DNA of 64,000 nucleotides from Gammaproteobacteria bacterium (GCA_016182805.1 JACPFV010000003.1:16285-80284); one strand, 5' to 3'; positions 37,357 through 47,375 are shown, numbered from the stretch's first letter. Notes: generated by a model from the letters alone, not told the origin. Program-made: numbers and translations.

Positions 37357-38955
37357 TCAGGCGCGCGACCGCTTCTCCGCGTACATGCGCTCGTCCGCCC
37401 GCGACAGCAGCCGGTCGAGCGGCTCGGCGGCGTCGGCGTCGAACTCGGTGGTGCCGATGCTGACGGACAGCAGGAACGGGCCGGCGTTGGCGACGTTGAA
37501 CGCGCGCAGCTCGTTGGCGATGCGCTCGCGCACGATGCCGATCTGCGCGCCGCGCGCGAACACCACGAACTCGTCGCCGCCGACGCGCGCCACGATGTCG
37601 CTGTCGCGCACGGTGCGCCGCAGCACCTGCGACACCTGGCTGAGTGCGGTGTCGCCGCTGGCGTGGCCGAACATGTCGTTGATCTGCTTGAGGCCGTCGA
37701 CGTCGGCGACCAGCAGCGCGCAACGCTGCCGCTCGCGCTGGGCGTGCTTCAGCTCCTGCTCGACCAGGAGCTTGAAGCCGCGGCGGTTGTACAGGCCGGT
37801 CAGCTCGTCGGTCAGGGCGTCGCGCCGCACGCGCTCCTGGTCGCGCATCTTTTCCGTGATGTCGGCGGCGACGCCGCCGATGAAGCGCCGCCCGCCCCAG
37901 CCGACGAAGCAGAAGCGCACCAGCTGCCAATGGCGGTCCGGGCCGCTGATGGCCGGCACGCTGCCGGTGGTCTCCAGCGGCTTGCCGCTGTCCAGGACCC
38001 GCAGCTCCCCTTCGCGGCAGGCGCGCGCAAAGTCGTGCGGCAGCAGGTCGAAGTCGGTCTTGCCGCGCCAGCTGTCGTCGCTCACGCCGAGGAATCGCTT
38101 GTGCAGCTCGTTGGCGTACAGGTAGCGGCCTTCGTCGTCCTTCATCCAGACCAGCGCCGGACTGTGGTCGAAGAACGCCTGGAAGCGCGCCTCGCTCTCG
38201 CGCAGCAGGCGCTCGGCGTGGTTGCGCTCGCTGACGTCGACGCCGATGCCCGCGACGTAGTGACGGCCGTCGGCGTCGGTGACGCGAAACTTGTCGATCC
38301 GCCAGTCCACGCCGGCGCCGTGACGGTCGACGTTGCGCGTCTCGTAGACCAGCGGCTCGCCGGTGCCGAGGACGCGGCTGTCGGTCGCGGCGTACTGCGC
38401 CGCGTCGTCCGGGCGGAAGAATTCCGCGTCGGAGCGGCCGCTCCAGTCCTCGCCCGGCTCGCCGTAGCGGTCCTGGTGCGCCTTGTTGCGGAACACATAG
38501 CGGTGCCGCGCGTCCTTGATCCAGGCGATCGCCGGCATGTGGTCCATGAACGCCTTGAAGCGCGTCTCGCTGTCGCGCAGCGCCGCCTCCGCCCGGCGCA
38601 GCGGCGTCATGTCCAGCGCGACGCCGATCACCCCCTGGATCGCGCCGTCGGCGTCGCGATAGGGCGCGACGCGCACGTGGACTTCCCGGCCCTCGCCGGA
38701 CTGCTCCCATCGCAACTGGAATCGCTGCGGCTCGCCGGTGGTCAGGGCGACGGTGGCCAGGCGCTGCCACTCGGCGCGCTGCGCGTCGGTCAGGCTGGCG
38801 CGTCCGAAATCGTCGGCCGCCATCGTTCCGCCCGGCAGGCCGGAAAACTGCGCCATGGCGCGGTTGATGTGGATGCTTTGCAGCGTCGCGTCCAGCCGGA
38901 ACACGCCGATCGGCAGGCTGTCCAGCAGGCTTACGCAGTCAGGGCATGTCGGCAT
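37357..38955 (-). CDS. PAS/PAC-repeat diguanylate cyclase (GGDEF)
   Basis: Three PAS-like repeats are followed by DELTGLYNRR...GGDEF, with an RxxD I-site (RDSD) five residues upstream. ATG 38955 lies behind gggggagga. Confidence 0.9.
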   Translation of the reverse strand: MPTCPDCVSLLDSLPIGVFRLDATLQSIHINRAMAQFSGLPGGTMAADDFGRASLTDAQRAEWQRLATVALTTGEPQRFQLRWEQSGEGREVHVRVAPYRDADGAIQGVIGVALDMTPLRRAEAALRDSETRFKAFMDHMPAIAWIKDARHRYVFRNKAHQDRYGEPGEDWSGRSDAEFFRPDDAAQYAATDSRVLGTGEPLVYETRNVDRHGAGVDWRIDKFRVTDADGRHYVAGIGVDVSERNHAERLLRESEARFQAFFDHSPALVWMKDDEGRYLYANELHKRFLGVSDDSWRGKTDFDLLPHDFARACREGELRVLDSGKPLETTGSVPAISGPDRHWQLVRFCFVGWGGRRFIGGVAADITEKMRDQERVRRDALTDELTGLYNRRGFKLLVEQELKHAQRERQRCALLVADVDGLKQINDMFGHASGDTALSQVSQVLRRTVRDSDIVARVGGDEFVVFARGAQIGIVRERIANELRAFNVANAGPFLLSVSIGTTEFDADAAEPLDRLLSRADERMYAEKRSRA

Positions 38956-39072
38956 GGGTCCTCCCCCACAAGTGAACCCTGGCCGGTTGCGCCGCCGTTG
39001 TTGTTTCGGCAGCTCCGCGGCGCCGGCCATGGCGGTACGCTAACCGCCCGGCCGCGGCGTCGCAAGCCGCTT

Positions 39073-40287
39073 TCAGCGCAGGAAATTGAACAGGGACAGG
39101 CCCTGGATCTTGAGGAAGGACTGCTGCGAGGCTTCCAGCGTGGTCAGCGCCAGTTGCAGTCGGCTGACCGCCTCGGCGTAATCGAGGTCGCGCACGCCGG
39201 ACAGCGTCTCCTGCAACTGCACGTCCAGGGCCTCCTGGGCGCCGATGGTGTCCTCCAGCGCATTGAGGCGGCCGCCGACCGTGGCGCGCACCGTCTGGAT
39301 GTGGTCCAGGCCGCGGTCGAGGTCTTCCAGGGCGTTGTAAACGCCGTTGTGCATCTGCGCGGCCGACGCCGACGTGCCGGTGGACGTGGACAGGGCGTCG
39401 ATCAGGTTCTGCACCGTGGAAAACAGGTCCTGCGCGGCGCTCGGCTCGACGGTAAAGACGTCGCCGGTCGCGGGAGTGCCGCCGACCGCGATCTCCACGC
39501 CGGAGAAGCCGATCGCCTCGCCTTCCGTGTAGGTGCCGCCGGAGACGACCGTGGCCGGGCTGCCGGGGCCGGTGGTGCGGACCACGTCGAAGGTCGTGGC
39601 GCTGGTGAACGTGAGCGTGTAGGTCTCGCCGTCGTACGCGGAGGGGTCGGCCAGGCGCGCGGCGCCCAGCGTGCCGGAGCCGGTGTTGGCCGGATCGGCG
39701 GTATAGCGGAACGTGCCGTTGCCGTTGGCGATGCGCTGGAACGCCTCGCTGCCGGGGGTGCCGTCGGCGATCTCGCGCTCCGGCCCGATCGCGATGTAGC
39801 GGTAGCTCTGGTCGCCGGAGTAGCCGACGCCGGTCGCGGTCTTGGCGAACGGCGCCGCGCCGTTGTTGCCGCCGGCGAATATGAAATTGCCCTCGCCGTC
39901 GTCCTGGTTGGCGAGGTTGACGAGCTGGTCGAACTGCTGGCGCAACTCCGCCACGATCTGCCGGCGGTCGACGTCGGTCAGCGCGTCGGTGTTGCCCTGC
40001 ACCGCCAGCTCGCGCACGCGCTGGATCACGCCGGTGACGCTGCCGAGCGCACTTTCCTCGACGTTCAGGCGGTGGCGCGCCGCGCTGGCGTTGTCCTTGT
40101 AGCGCGACAGTTCGGCCAGCCGCTGATCCAGCGCCAGGCCCTGCGTGAACTCGGCCGGGCTGTCGGCCGCGGTGGTGTGCTTGAGGCCGGTGGTGAGCTG
40201 CTGCTGCACCTTGAGCAGGCTGGACTGCCGGTCGAGGATGCCGGCAACCGCCTGCCGGTAGATGGCGTCTGTCGCGATACGAGGCAT
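39073..40287 (-). CDS. flgL: Flagellar hook-filament junction protein 3
   Basis: The N- and C-termini are flagellin-like, and the gene lies directly after flgK. Confidence 0.9.
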   Translation of the reverse strand: MPRIATDAIYRQAVAGILDRQSSLLKVQQQLTTGLKHTTAADSPAEFTQGLALDQRLAELSRYKDNASAARHRLNVEESALGSVTGVIQRVRELAVQGNTDALTDVDRRQIVAELRQQFDQLVNLANQDDGEGNFIFAGGNNGAAPFAKTATGVGYSGDQSYRYIAIGPEREIADGTPGSEAFQRIANGNGTFRYTADPANTGSGTLGAARLADPSAYDGETYTLTFTSATTFDVVRTTGPGSPATVVSGGTYTEGEAIGFSGVEIAVGGTPATGDVFTVEPSAAQDLFSTVQNLIDALSTSTGTSASAAQMHNGVYNALEDLDRGLDHIQTVRATVGGRLNALEDTIGAQEALDVQLQETLSGVRDLDYAEAVSRLQLALTTLEASQQSFLKIQGLSLFNFLR

Positions 40288-42188
40288 CAGCGTCTCACCG
40301 CGCTAAGTATGGTCTGGAACAGCGTGTCGGTCAGCGCGATGATCTGCGCCGACGCCTGGTAGGCCTGCTGGAAGCGCACCATGTTGGCCGCCTCCTCGTC
40401 CAGGTTCACGCCGGACACGCTGTCGCGAAAGCTCTGGTCGTGCTCGCGGATGGCGGTCTGCGCCGCAACCCGCTGCGCCGCCTGCTGCGCCTGCGCGCCG
40501 ACCTGCGCGACCAGGGCGCCGTAGCCGCCGTTGAGCGAGCGCGTGCCGCCGTCCAGCACGCCGAGATTGCGGATGTCGGCGAGCAGGCGCGCGTTGCCGT
40601 TGTCGCCGCTGTTGGCGGCCACCGGCAGCACCTGGAAAGTGTCGCCCGCGGCCGGCGTGCCGGTGATCTGGATGCGCCACCCGTTGTAGTCGATGTTGCC
40701 GCCCACGGTGAACGCGATCGGCGCGCTGGTGCCGTTGCTGTCGGTAATCGTGAACGTGCCCGGCGGGTCGTCGAACACGATGGTCGCGTCGAGCAGCAGG
40801 TCGGCGTCGGCGACGTCCAGCACCTCGGGACGGCCGACGACGCCGGTGCCGTCGTTGGCCAGCGCCGCCTCGGTGCGCACCGGCGCCGCCGCGGCGATGC
40901 GCGCCGCATCGGTGATCGCCACGTCCAGCGAGCCGGCGGCGCCGCGCGTGGCGCGGATCTCGTAGCGGTCCCCGGCGACCGCGCCGGCGGCGATGGCGAT
41001 GCTCAGGCCGGCGGCAGTGAAGGTGCCGCTGGCGGCGCCGAAGGTCGCGACCGTGTCGCCGGTCTCCGCGCTTTGCAGCTCCCAGGCGGAGCCGGTGAAG
41101 CGCATCAGATAGGTCTCGCCGGTCAGGCCGCCGACGTCGTCGTACGCGACGCCGACCACCGCCGGGCCGTCGTTGTTGGTCGCGGCCGACACGCCGGGCG
41201 CGGGCACGTCGAAGAAGTCGCCGCCGAGATCGCCGTACAGGTCGACGCCTTCCGCGTGCTGCGCGTTGAAGGTGTCCGCCAACGCGACGGCGACGCGGCC
41301 GAGGTCGCCGGCCGCCGGGTCGAGCACGTCGCGCCGGAACGACAACAGGCCGCCGAGGCTGCCGCCGCTGACGAACCGCGTCAGCGGGATCAAGGTGTTC
41401 CCCTGCTGCAGCGCGATGCCGTAGCGGTCGGCGTTGAAGTCGTCCTGCACCAGGCGCAGCGGGCTCACCGTGGTGCCCAGCACCAGGGCGTTGCCGCCGG
41501 CGGTGAAGATGTTGAGCGCACCGTCGTCCTGCGTCACGGTGGCGATGCCGATGTGCGACGCCAGCTCCCTGACCAGTTCGTCGCGCTGGTCGAGCAGGTC
41601 GTTGGGCGGCTGCCCGCCGGCGAGGCCGCGCGCGATGGCGATGCGGTCGTTCATGTCCGCGATCTGCTCGGTCAGCGTGTTGATCTCGCCGACCTGCTGC
41701 TGCAACTGGCGATTGACCTCCAGGTTGAGGCTGTCGAACTCGTTTTGCAGGTTCTGGAACCGCCCGGCCAGCAGTTCGGCCTTGCCCAGCAGCACCTGGC
41801 GCGCGGCCGAGGAGGTCGGGTCGGTGGCCACGCCATCCACCGCCGCGTAGAACTCCGACAGCGGGTCGGTCAGGCCGAGGTTGCGATCCGACAGGATCTT
41901 GTCGACGCGGCCGGTCAGCGTTTGCAGCGTCTCCTGCTGCGACATGTTGGAGGCGTCGAACATCAGCCGCTCGGTGGCGAAGCGGTCGGCCACGCGCGTG
42001 ACGGTGGAGACCTCCACGCCCGAGCCGATGAAGCCGCTGCCCAGCGCCGTGCCCAGGCGCGACACCTGCTCCACGCGCTGGCGCGTGTAGCCCTCGGTGT
42101 TGGCGTTGGCGATGTTGTGGCCGGTCGTGGCCAGCGACTTCTGGTAGGCCAGCAGCGCGGAAATGCCGGTGCTCAGCAGGTCGGCCAT
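40287..42188 (-). CDS. flgK: Flagellar hook-filament junction protein 1
   Basis: The N-terminal block GISALLAYQKSLATTGHNIANANTEGY and the C-terminal block MVRFQQAYQASAQ are present. Confidence 0.95.
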   Translation of the reverse strand: MADLLSTGISALLAYQKSLATTGHNIANANTEGYTRQRVEQVSRLGTALGSGFIGSGVEVSTVTRVADRFATERLMFDASNMSQQETLQTLTGRVDKILSDRNLGLTDPLSEFYAAVDGVATDPTSSAARQVLLGKAELLAGRFQNLQNEFDSLNLEVNRQLQQQVGEINTLTEQIADMNDRIAIARGLAGGQPPNDLLDQRDELVRELASHIGIATVTQDDGALNIFTAGGNALVLGTTVSPLRLVQDDFNADRYGIALQQGNTLIPLTRFVSGGSLGGLLSFRRDVLDPAAGDLGRVAVALADTFNAQHAEGVDLYGDLGGDFFDVPAPGVSAATNNDGPAVVGVAYDDVGGLTGETYLMRFTGSAWELQSAETGDTVATFGAASGTFTAAGLSIAIAAGAVAGDRYEIRATRGAAGSLDVAITDAARIAAAAPVRTEAALANDGTGVVGRPEVLDVADADLLLDATIVFDDPPGTFTITDSNGTSAPIAFTVGGNIDYNGWRIQITGTPAAGDTFQVLPVAANSGDNGNARLLADIRNLGVLDGGTRSLNGGYGALVAQVGAQAQQAAQRVAAQTAIREHDQSFRDSVSGVNLDEEAANMVRFQQAYQASAQIIALTDTLFQTILSAVRR

Positions 42189-42192
42189 GGTC

Positions 42193-43122
42193 TTATGCGC
42201 TCAGGGTGGCGGATGCCGCCGGCACCGCGTTCAGTGCCGGGCTTTGCGCCAGGGCCGACAGCTTGTCGGCGTACAGGGGGTCGGTGGCATAGCCCGCGGC
42301 CTGCAGCCCGCGCGCCCAGCGCTCTTCGTCCTGGCCCTTGCGCAGGGCCTCGGCGTAGCGCGGCTGCGTCTTGAGCAGGCGCACGTAGTCCTCGAAGCTC
42401 GCCTCGATCGAGGGATAGGCGCGGAACTCCTCGCGCTGGCGCAGCGCGGCGCCACCCTCGTATTCCGTGGTCATGCTGCGCACGCGCGCGCCGTCCCAGC
42501 CCGCGCCGGCCTTGATGCCGAACAGGTTGTAGCTGGGCGTGCCGTCGGGATGCCGGATCGGGTGCCGGCCCCAGCCGGTTTCGAGCGCCGCCTGCGCGAT
42601 CAGCATGCGCGGCGAAACGCCCAGCTCCCCCGCCGCCTTCTGCGCGTGCGGCAGCAGGTCCTTGACGAACTGTTCGGGTGTTTCGGGACGCCAGTCGGCG
42701 GGACGCGAACCCGGTGCGGACAACGCGGAGAACAATTGCTGCGGCGGCTTCCTGCCGCCCAATGCGGACGTCGCCATGTCCGCGATATCGGCGGCGGCGC
42801 CGGCGGCTGTAGCGCCGTCCGTGACGCCGTTCGCACCCTGGAGCTGGCGGATCATCACCTCGGCCAGGCCCAGGCCCTTGCCGGAGGACAGGTGCACCGC
42901 CATCTGCTGGTCGAGCATGTCCTTGTAGAAGCCGCCCTGCTCGCCGGTGAGGTCGTCGCCGAAGCTGACCGCGCGCATGCTCTTCATCAGCATCTGCGTG
43001 AACAGCGCCTCGAACTGGCGCGCCGCCTCGCGCAGCACCTTGGGATCGTTGCCCTGCGCCGCCTCGCGCAGCCGCGCCAAGCCGGCGAAATCGGTGGCGA
43101 CCGGGACGGGCGCGACGCTCAT
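42193..43122 (-). CDS. flgJ: Flagellar rod-assembly protein/muramidase
   Basis: An N-terminal rod-binding block (FEALFTQMLMKSMR) is joined to a C-terminal glucosaminidase domain (AALETGWG..YNLFGIK). Confidence 0.95.
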   Translation of the reverse strand: MSVAPVPVATDFAGLARLREAAQGNDPKVLREAARQFEALFTQMLMKSMRAVSFGDDLTGEQGGFYKDMLDQQMAVHLSSGKGLGLAEVMIRQLQGANGVTDGATAAGAAADIADMATSALGGRKPPQQLFSALSAPGSRPADWRPETPEQFVKDLLPHAQKAAGELGVSPRMLIAQAALETGWGRHPIRHPDGTPSYNLFGIKAGAGWDGARVRSMTTEYEGGAALRQREEFRAYPSIEASFEDYVRLLKTQPRYAEALRKGQDEERWARGLQAAGYATDPLYADKLSALAQSPALNAVPAASATLSA

Positions 43123-43123
43123 G

Positions 43124-44230
43124 TCAGATCACCACCAGCTCGGCGCGCAGCGCGCCGGCCTGCTTCAATGCTTCCAGGATTGCGATGAGGTCGCCGGGAG
43201 CGGCGCCGACCTGGTTCACCGCGCGGACAATTTCCGACAGGGTGACGCCGGCGTCGAAGAGGAACATGCGAGCGCTGGGCTGGCTCACGGTCACGTCGGA
43301 CTGCGGCACCACCACGGTCTGGCCTTCGGACAGCGGCGCCGGCTGGCTCACCTTGGGCCGCTCGGCAATGGTCACGGACAGCGAGCCGTGCGCGACCGCC
43401 GCCGGCGTCACGCGCACGTGGCTGCCGATGACGATGGTGCCGGTACGCGAGTTGACGACCACGCGCGCCGGCGCGTCGCCCGGCTCGATCTCCAGGTTCT
43501 CCAGCTCGGCAACGAAGGCGACGCGCGAGGCGAGGTCCGCCGGCGCACGCACGCCCACCGACACGGCGTCGATCGGCCGCGCCGTCTCCGCGCCCATGAT
43601 GGTGTTGATGCCCTGCACCAGCCGCGCGGCTGTGGTGAAGTCGCCGGTGTTCAGGTTCAGGACGATTTCCGGGTTGGCCGCGAAGTTCGTCGGCACGGCG
43701 CGCTCGACCATGGCGCCACTGGGAATGCGGCCGGCGCTGGGCACGTTGACGGTGACGCGCGAGCCGTCCTTGCCGGAGATGCCAAAGCCGCCGACCACGA
43801 GATTGCCCTGGGCCACGGCGTAAACCTGCCCGTCCGCGCCCTTAAGCGGCGTCATCAGCAGGCTGCCGCCGCGCAGGCTGCCGGCGTTGCCGATGGAGGC
43901 AACGGTAACGTCGATCTGCTGGCCGGGCTTGGCGAAGGCCGGCAGCTCCGCGTGCACCGCGACGGCGGCGACGTTCTTGAGCTGCGGGTTCACGTTCGGC
44001 GGCACGGTCACGCCAAGCTGCGCCAGCAGGTTCTTGAGGCTCTGCACCGTGAACGGCGCCTGGCTGGTCTGGTCGCCGGTGCCGTCCAGGCCCACGACCA
44101 GGCCGTAGCCGACCAGCGGGTTCGAGCGCACGCCGGCGACGCTGGCGAGGTCCTTGACGCGCTCGGCGCGCACGGAGCCGGCGGCGAAGAGCAGCAGCGT
44201 GGCCAGCATGAAAATTCCGGTCTTGTTCAT
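43124..44230 (-). CDS. flgI: Flagellar P-ring protein
   Basis: A signal peptide and the blocks [19 protein letters not shown] and [11 protein letters not shown] are present. Confidence 0.95.
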   Translation of the reverse strand: MNKTGIFMLATLLLFAAGSVRAERVKDLASVAGVRSNPLVGYGLVVGLDGTGDQTSQAPFTVQSLKNLLAQLGVTVPPNVNPQLKNVAAVAVHAELPAFAKPGQQIDVTVASIGNAGSLRGGSLLMTPLKGADGQVYAVAQGNLVVGGFGISGKDGSRVTVNVPSAGRIPSGAMVERAVPTNFAANPEIVLNLNTGDFTTAARLVQGINTIMGAETARPIDAVSVGVRAPADLASRVAFVAELENLEIEPGDAPARVVVNSRTGTIVIGSHVRVTPAAVAHGSLSVTIAERPKVSQPAPLSEGQTVVVPQSDVTVSQPSARMFLFDAGVTLSEIVRAVNQVGAAPGDLIAILEALKQAGALRAELVVI

Positions 44231-44237
44231 GGCGCGC

Positions 44238-44888
44238 TCAGAACGGCCACCACGGCGACGAGAAGAAGCGCGACAGCCAGCCCTGGCGGTTGGCGTCGGC
44301 CAGCGCGCCGGTGCCGGCGTAGGTGATGCGCGCGTCCGCCACGCGGCTGGACAGCACCGAGTTGTCCGGCCCGATGTCGGCCGGGCGCACGATGCCGGAC
44401 AGGCGCACGAATTCCTCGCCCTGGTTCAGCTCCAGGCGCTTCTCGCCGCGCACCACCAGGTTGCCGTTGGGCAGGCGCTCGACCACCGTCACGGTCACGC
44501 TGCCGGAAATCTTGTTGCTCTGGCTGGCACCGCCGGTGCCCTCGAACTCGCGCGCGGCGCTGACGCTGGCGCCGATGCTGGGGCTGACCTCGCGGCCGAA
44601 CAGCGTCGGGTTTTCCAGCGCGATCGTGTCTTCCTTGCTGCTCGTCGTGCTGGCGCTCTTCTGCGCGTTGGTGTTCTCCACCAGCAGCACGGTCAGGATG
44701 TCGCCGACCTGGCGCGGCTTGAGGTCCTCGAACAGCGCCGGGTCCGCGCCCATCTTGTAGATCGAGCCGTCGCTGGCCTGCACCAGCGTCGGCCGCGGCG
44801 GGTCGGGCGGGATGTACAGGTCCTCCGGCCGCCTGGTCGTGGCGCAACCGGCGGCGAGAAAGACGAGGCACAGCGTCAGGCGGCGCAT
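44238..44888 (-). CDS. flgH: Flagellar L-ring lipoprotein
   Basis: A lipobox LAAGC and FlgH core blocks ([10 protein letters not shown] and VVRGEK) are present. Confidence 0.95.
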   Translation of the reverse strand: MRRLTLCLVFLAAGCATTRRPEDLYIPPDPPRPTLVQASDGSIYKMGADPALFEDLKPRQVGDILTVLLVENTNAQKSASTTSSKEDTIALENPTLFGREVSPSIGASVSAAREFEGTGGASQSNKISGSVTVTVVERLPNGNLVVRGEKRLELNQGEEFVRLSGIVRPADIGPDNSVLSSRVADARITYAGTGALADANRQGWLSRFFSSPWWPF

Positions 44889-44891
44889 GGC

Positions 44892-45677
44892 TTACAGGTT
44901 GTTGTTGATGTAGCCGAGCATCTCGTCCGTGGTGGCGATCGCCTTCGAGTTCATTTCGTAGGCGCGCTGTGTTTCGATCATGTTCACCAGCTCCTCCACG
45001 ACGTTGACGTTGGAGGACTCCAGCGAACCCTGCGCCAGCATGCCCAGGCCGTTCAGGCCGGGCGTGCCGGTCTGCGGCGGGCCGCTGGCGGCGGTCTCGA
45101 CGAACAGGTTGTCGCCCTGCGCCTGCAGGCCGGCCGGGTTGATGAAGTCTGTCAGTTGCAGCGAGCCGATGGTCTGCGGCGCCGCCTGGCCCGGCAGGGT
45201 CACGGACACGGTGCCGTCGCGGCCGACAGTCACCGACAGCGCGCCGTCGGGCACGGTGATCGCCGGCTGCACCATGAAGCCGTTGGGCGTGACGAGCTGA
45301 CCCTGGCTGTCGAGCTGGAATCCGCCGTTGCGCGTGTAGGCCTGGGTGCCGTCCGGCAGCAGGATCTGGAAGAAGCCGCGGCCCTGGATCGCCATGTCCA
45401 GCGAGTTGTTGGTTTGCAGCAGGTTGCCCTGGCTGAAGCTCTTTTCCGTGGCGACGACGCGCACGCCGGTGCCCAGCGACAGGCCGGTGGGCGCCTGCGT
45501 CTGCTGCGAGGTCTGGCCGCCAGGCTGGCGCACGGTCTGGTACAGCAGGTCCTCGAACGCCGCGCGGCCGCGCTTGAAGCCGGTGGTGTTGACGTTGGCC
45601 AGGTTGTTCGAGACCACGGTCATGCGCGTCTGCTGCGCATCGAGTCCGGTCTTGGCAACCCACAGGGCTGGATTCAT
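44892..45677 (-). CDS. flgG: Flagellar distal rod protein
   Basis: The N-terminal block [13 protein letters not shown] and the C-terminal block [20 protein letters not shown] are present. Confidence 0.95.
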   Translation of the reverse strand: MNPALWVAKTGLDAQQTRMTVVSNNLANVNTTGFKRGRAAFEDLLYQTVRQPGGQTSQQTQAPTGLSLGTGVRVVATEKSFSQGNLLQTNNSLDMAIQGRGFFQILLPDGTQAYTRNGGFQLDSQGQLVTPNGFMVQPAITVPDGALSVTVGRDGTVSVTLPGQAAPQTIGSLQLTDFINPAGLQAQGDNLFVETAASGPPQTGTPGLNGLGMLAQGSLESSNVNVVEELVNMIETQRAYEMNSKAIATTDEMLGYINNNL

Positions 45678-45745
45678 GTCTGTCTCCTGTCGAAGCTCGC
45701 GGGCGCCGGCTTTGCGTCTAGCCTGCGCCCCTCAGCCCCAACTCA

Positions 45746-45761
45746 GGCAAGAAGCGTTCCC
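45746..45761 (-). promoter_or_regulatory. Weak sigma54-like motif upstream of flgG
   Basis: The minus strand reads GGGAAC-gcttc-TTGC. The GG-N10-GC spacing is correct but two consensus positions are missing. Confidence 0.25.
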
Positions 45762-45799
45762 GACGGAAAACGGGTGCCGAAATCGGCCGGGACGCGGCA

Positions 45800-46540
45800 T
45801 CAACGCACCCGCAGCAGCTGCGTGCTGGCCTGCGCGTTCTGTTCCGCGGTCTTCATCACCTTGACCTGCATCTCGAACTGACGCGAAAGCTGGATCATCG
45901 TGACCAGCGCGTCGGCGGCGTTGACGTTGGACGACTCCAGCGTACCCGTCATCAGGGACGGGCCGGCCACGGGCCGCGCCTCGCCGCCGGGGGCGAGCGT
46001 CATCAGGCCGTCGGGGCGCCGAAGCAGCTGCTGCGGCTGGACCTCCACCACGCGCAGGCGGCCGACCTGGGCCAGCGTTTCCGGGCCGGTGCCCTGCGGC
46101 TGGATCGAGATCGTGCCGTCCTCGCCGATGGTGATCTGGGTGTGTGGCGGCAGCGTGACCGGGCCGCCCGCGCCCAGCACCGCGTGGCCGGAGCCGGTCA
46201 CGAGCTGGCCCAGCGGGGTGATCTGGAGGTCGCCGGCGCGGGTGTAGGCCTCGGTTCCATCCGGGGCCTGCACCGCGAGCCAGTTGTTGCCGCGCAGAGC
46301 GACGTCGAGTTCGCGGCCGGTGCTCACCGCCGAGCCGGGCGAAGCGTCCCAGCCGGCGGTTTCCAGCACCGCGTTGACGCGAGTGGGCAGGGTCGGCCCG
46401 TCGACGGCCACGGCCTGGCTCGACGCCAGCTCGGCGCGGAAGCCGGCGGTCGCCGCGTTGGCAAGGTTGTGGCTGTTGGCGGTCTGGGCGCGCAGCGTCT
46501 GCATCGCGCCGGTCATGGCGACGTAAAGTGCGCGGTCCAT
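45800..46540 (-). CDS. flgF: Flagellar proximal rod protein
   Basis: The blocks SHNLANAATAGFR and ESSNVNAADALVTMIQLSRQFE are present. Confidence 0.95.
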   Translation of the reverse strand: MDRALYVAMTGAMQTLRAQTANSHNLANAATAGFRAELASSQAVAVDGPTLPTRVNAVLETAGWDASPGSAVSTGRELDVALRGNNWLAVQAPDGTEAYTRAGDLQITPLGQLVTGSGHAVLGAGGPVTLPPHTQITIGEDGTISIQPQGTGPETLAQVGRLRVVEVQPQQLLRRPDGLMTLAPGGEARPVAGPSLMTGTLESSNVNAADALVTMIQLSRQFEMQVKVMKTAEQNAQASTQLLRVR

Positions 46541-46546
46541 GGGTTA

Positions 46547-46578
46547 CTCCTCCTGCCTCGTGGCGTTTAAAGGAGGAG
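46547..46578 (-). promoter_or_regulatory. SD / anti-SD hairpin in front of flgF
   Basis: On the mRNA strand, CTCCTCCT (46578-46571) is a perfect complement of the flgF SD AGGAGGAG (46554-46547). They are separated by a 16-nt loop, and the SD lies 6 nt from the ATG. Confidence 0.45.
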
Positions 46579-46579
46579 G

Positions 46580-46595
46580 TGCAACATCCGTACCA
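46580..46595 (-). promoter_or_regulatory. Sigma54 (-24/-12) promoter for flgF
   Basis: The minus strand reads TGGTAC-ggatg-TTGCA, against the consensus TGGCAC-N5-TTGCW (one mismatch). It lies ~40 nt upstream of the flgF ATG. Confidence 0.6.
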
Positions 46596-46621
46596 CGGGA
46601 AATCTCTGGGGTACGGCGCTC

Positions 46622-46646
46622 GCAAAACCGGATACTGCGCCCGGTT
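46622..46646 (-). terminator. Candidate intrinsic terminator of vapBC
   Basis: The minus strand reads tgAACCGG-gcgcagtat-CCGGTTTTgcg, a 6-bp stem followed by a T4 run. The first arm starts inside the vapC stop codon. Confidence 0.4.
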
Positions 46647-47029
46647 CAATCGCCTTTCGCGAAAATCTCCACGCCCGGCAGCCCGCGAAAATGATCGTCG
46701 GAGGTGATCAGCGGCACAGCCGCTTTTCGCGCGTGCGCGTAGATCAGCGCATCGGCGAAGGACAGGCCGTACTCCAGTGCGTAGTCGCCGGCCGTGAGCG
46801 CGATCGGCGTATCCAGCGGAACAACGGTGGACTGCGCCGTAAGTCCCACGACTTTCAGCGCCGCCGCTTCACCGCGCTCCCGCTTGACCCACTTGTACAA
46901 CTCGAACTGGATCGCGGTCGGCACGATCAATTCGCCGGCCTTAGCCAGATACGGCGAGAAGCGTTCAGCCAGCGTGCCGTTGGTCAGCCATTCGATCCAC
47001 CCGCAGGTATCGACCAGGCAGCGACTCAT
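46646..47029 (-). CDS. vapC: PIN-domain ribonuclease toxin
   Basis: The acidic PIN residues are in the expected positions (LVDT.., E.., ADALI, TSDDHF). The gene is 127 aa and overlaps vapB by 4 nt. Confidence 0.9.
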   Translation of the reverse strand: MSRCLVDTCGWIEWLTNGTLAERFSPYLAKAGELIVPTAIQFELYKWVKRERGEAAALKVVGLTAQSTVVPLDTPIALTAGDYALEYGLSFADALIYAHARKAAVPLITSDDHFRGLPGVEIFAKGD

Positions 47030-47235
47030 ACGCGATCGGAACGATCGCGGTAGTCCGACGCGTCCACCCCGGCGAGCATTCCGCGCGCCTCGCCCAGCGA
47101 AATCTGCGGCACCAGCTCGATAACGCCGTTCTTTTCCAGCACGACAAATTTCTGTCCCGCGCGCAGCCCCAGCGAGTCGCGCGTGGCCTTCGGGATCGCT
47201 AGTTGAAACTTGCTGCTCAGCGTCGCGGTCGCCAT
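47026..47235 (-). CDS. vapB: AbrB/SpoVT-fold antitoxin
   Basis: An N-terminal swapped-hairpin motif (SSKFQLAIPKATRDSLGLRAGQKFVV) is present. The gene is 69 aa and sits upstream of and overlapping the PIN toxin. Confidence 0.85.
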   Translation of the reverse strand: MATATLSSKFQLAIPKATRDSLGLRAGQKFVVLEKNGVIELVPQISLGEARGMLAGVDASDYRDRSDRV

Positions 47236-47264
47236 AGCTTTACCTTACGACAATCGATCAGTTA

Positions 47265-47293
47265 ATAGTAAAGACACGCGCTCGACCTCGCAA
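47265..47293 (-). promoter_or_regulatory. Candidate sigma70 promoter of vapBC
   Basis: The minus strand reads TTGCGA-N17-TACTAT in an AT-richer spacer, ~30 nt upstream of the vapB ATG. Confidence 0.4.
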
Positions 47294-47375
47294 ATCGAAA
47301 GCCCACCGAACGCGGCAGAATGGCGATGTTCGCTGGGCACGACATACACTGGGCTCCCATATACCGAGAACCGCC

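Noticed and set aside
33755-38125. A 1456-aa plus-strand ORF. The same applies to 37663-40362, 40440-42374, 60055-63039, 29227-31095 and 44154-45881.
   Set aside because: All of these lie antisense to genes with clear family motifs, and their products are Arg/Ala/Gly/His-rich with no motifs. Stop codons are simply rare in this GC-rich DNA.
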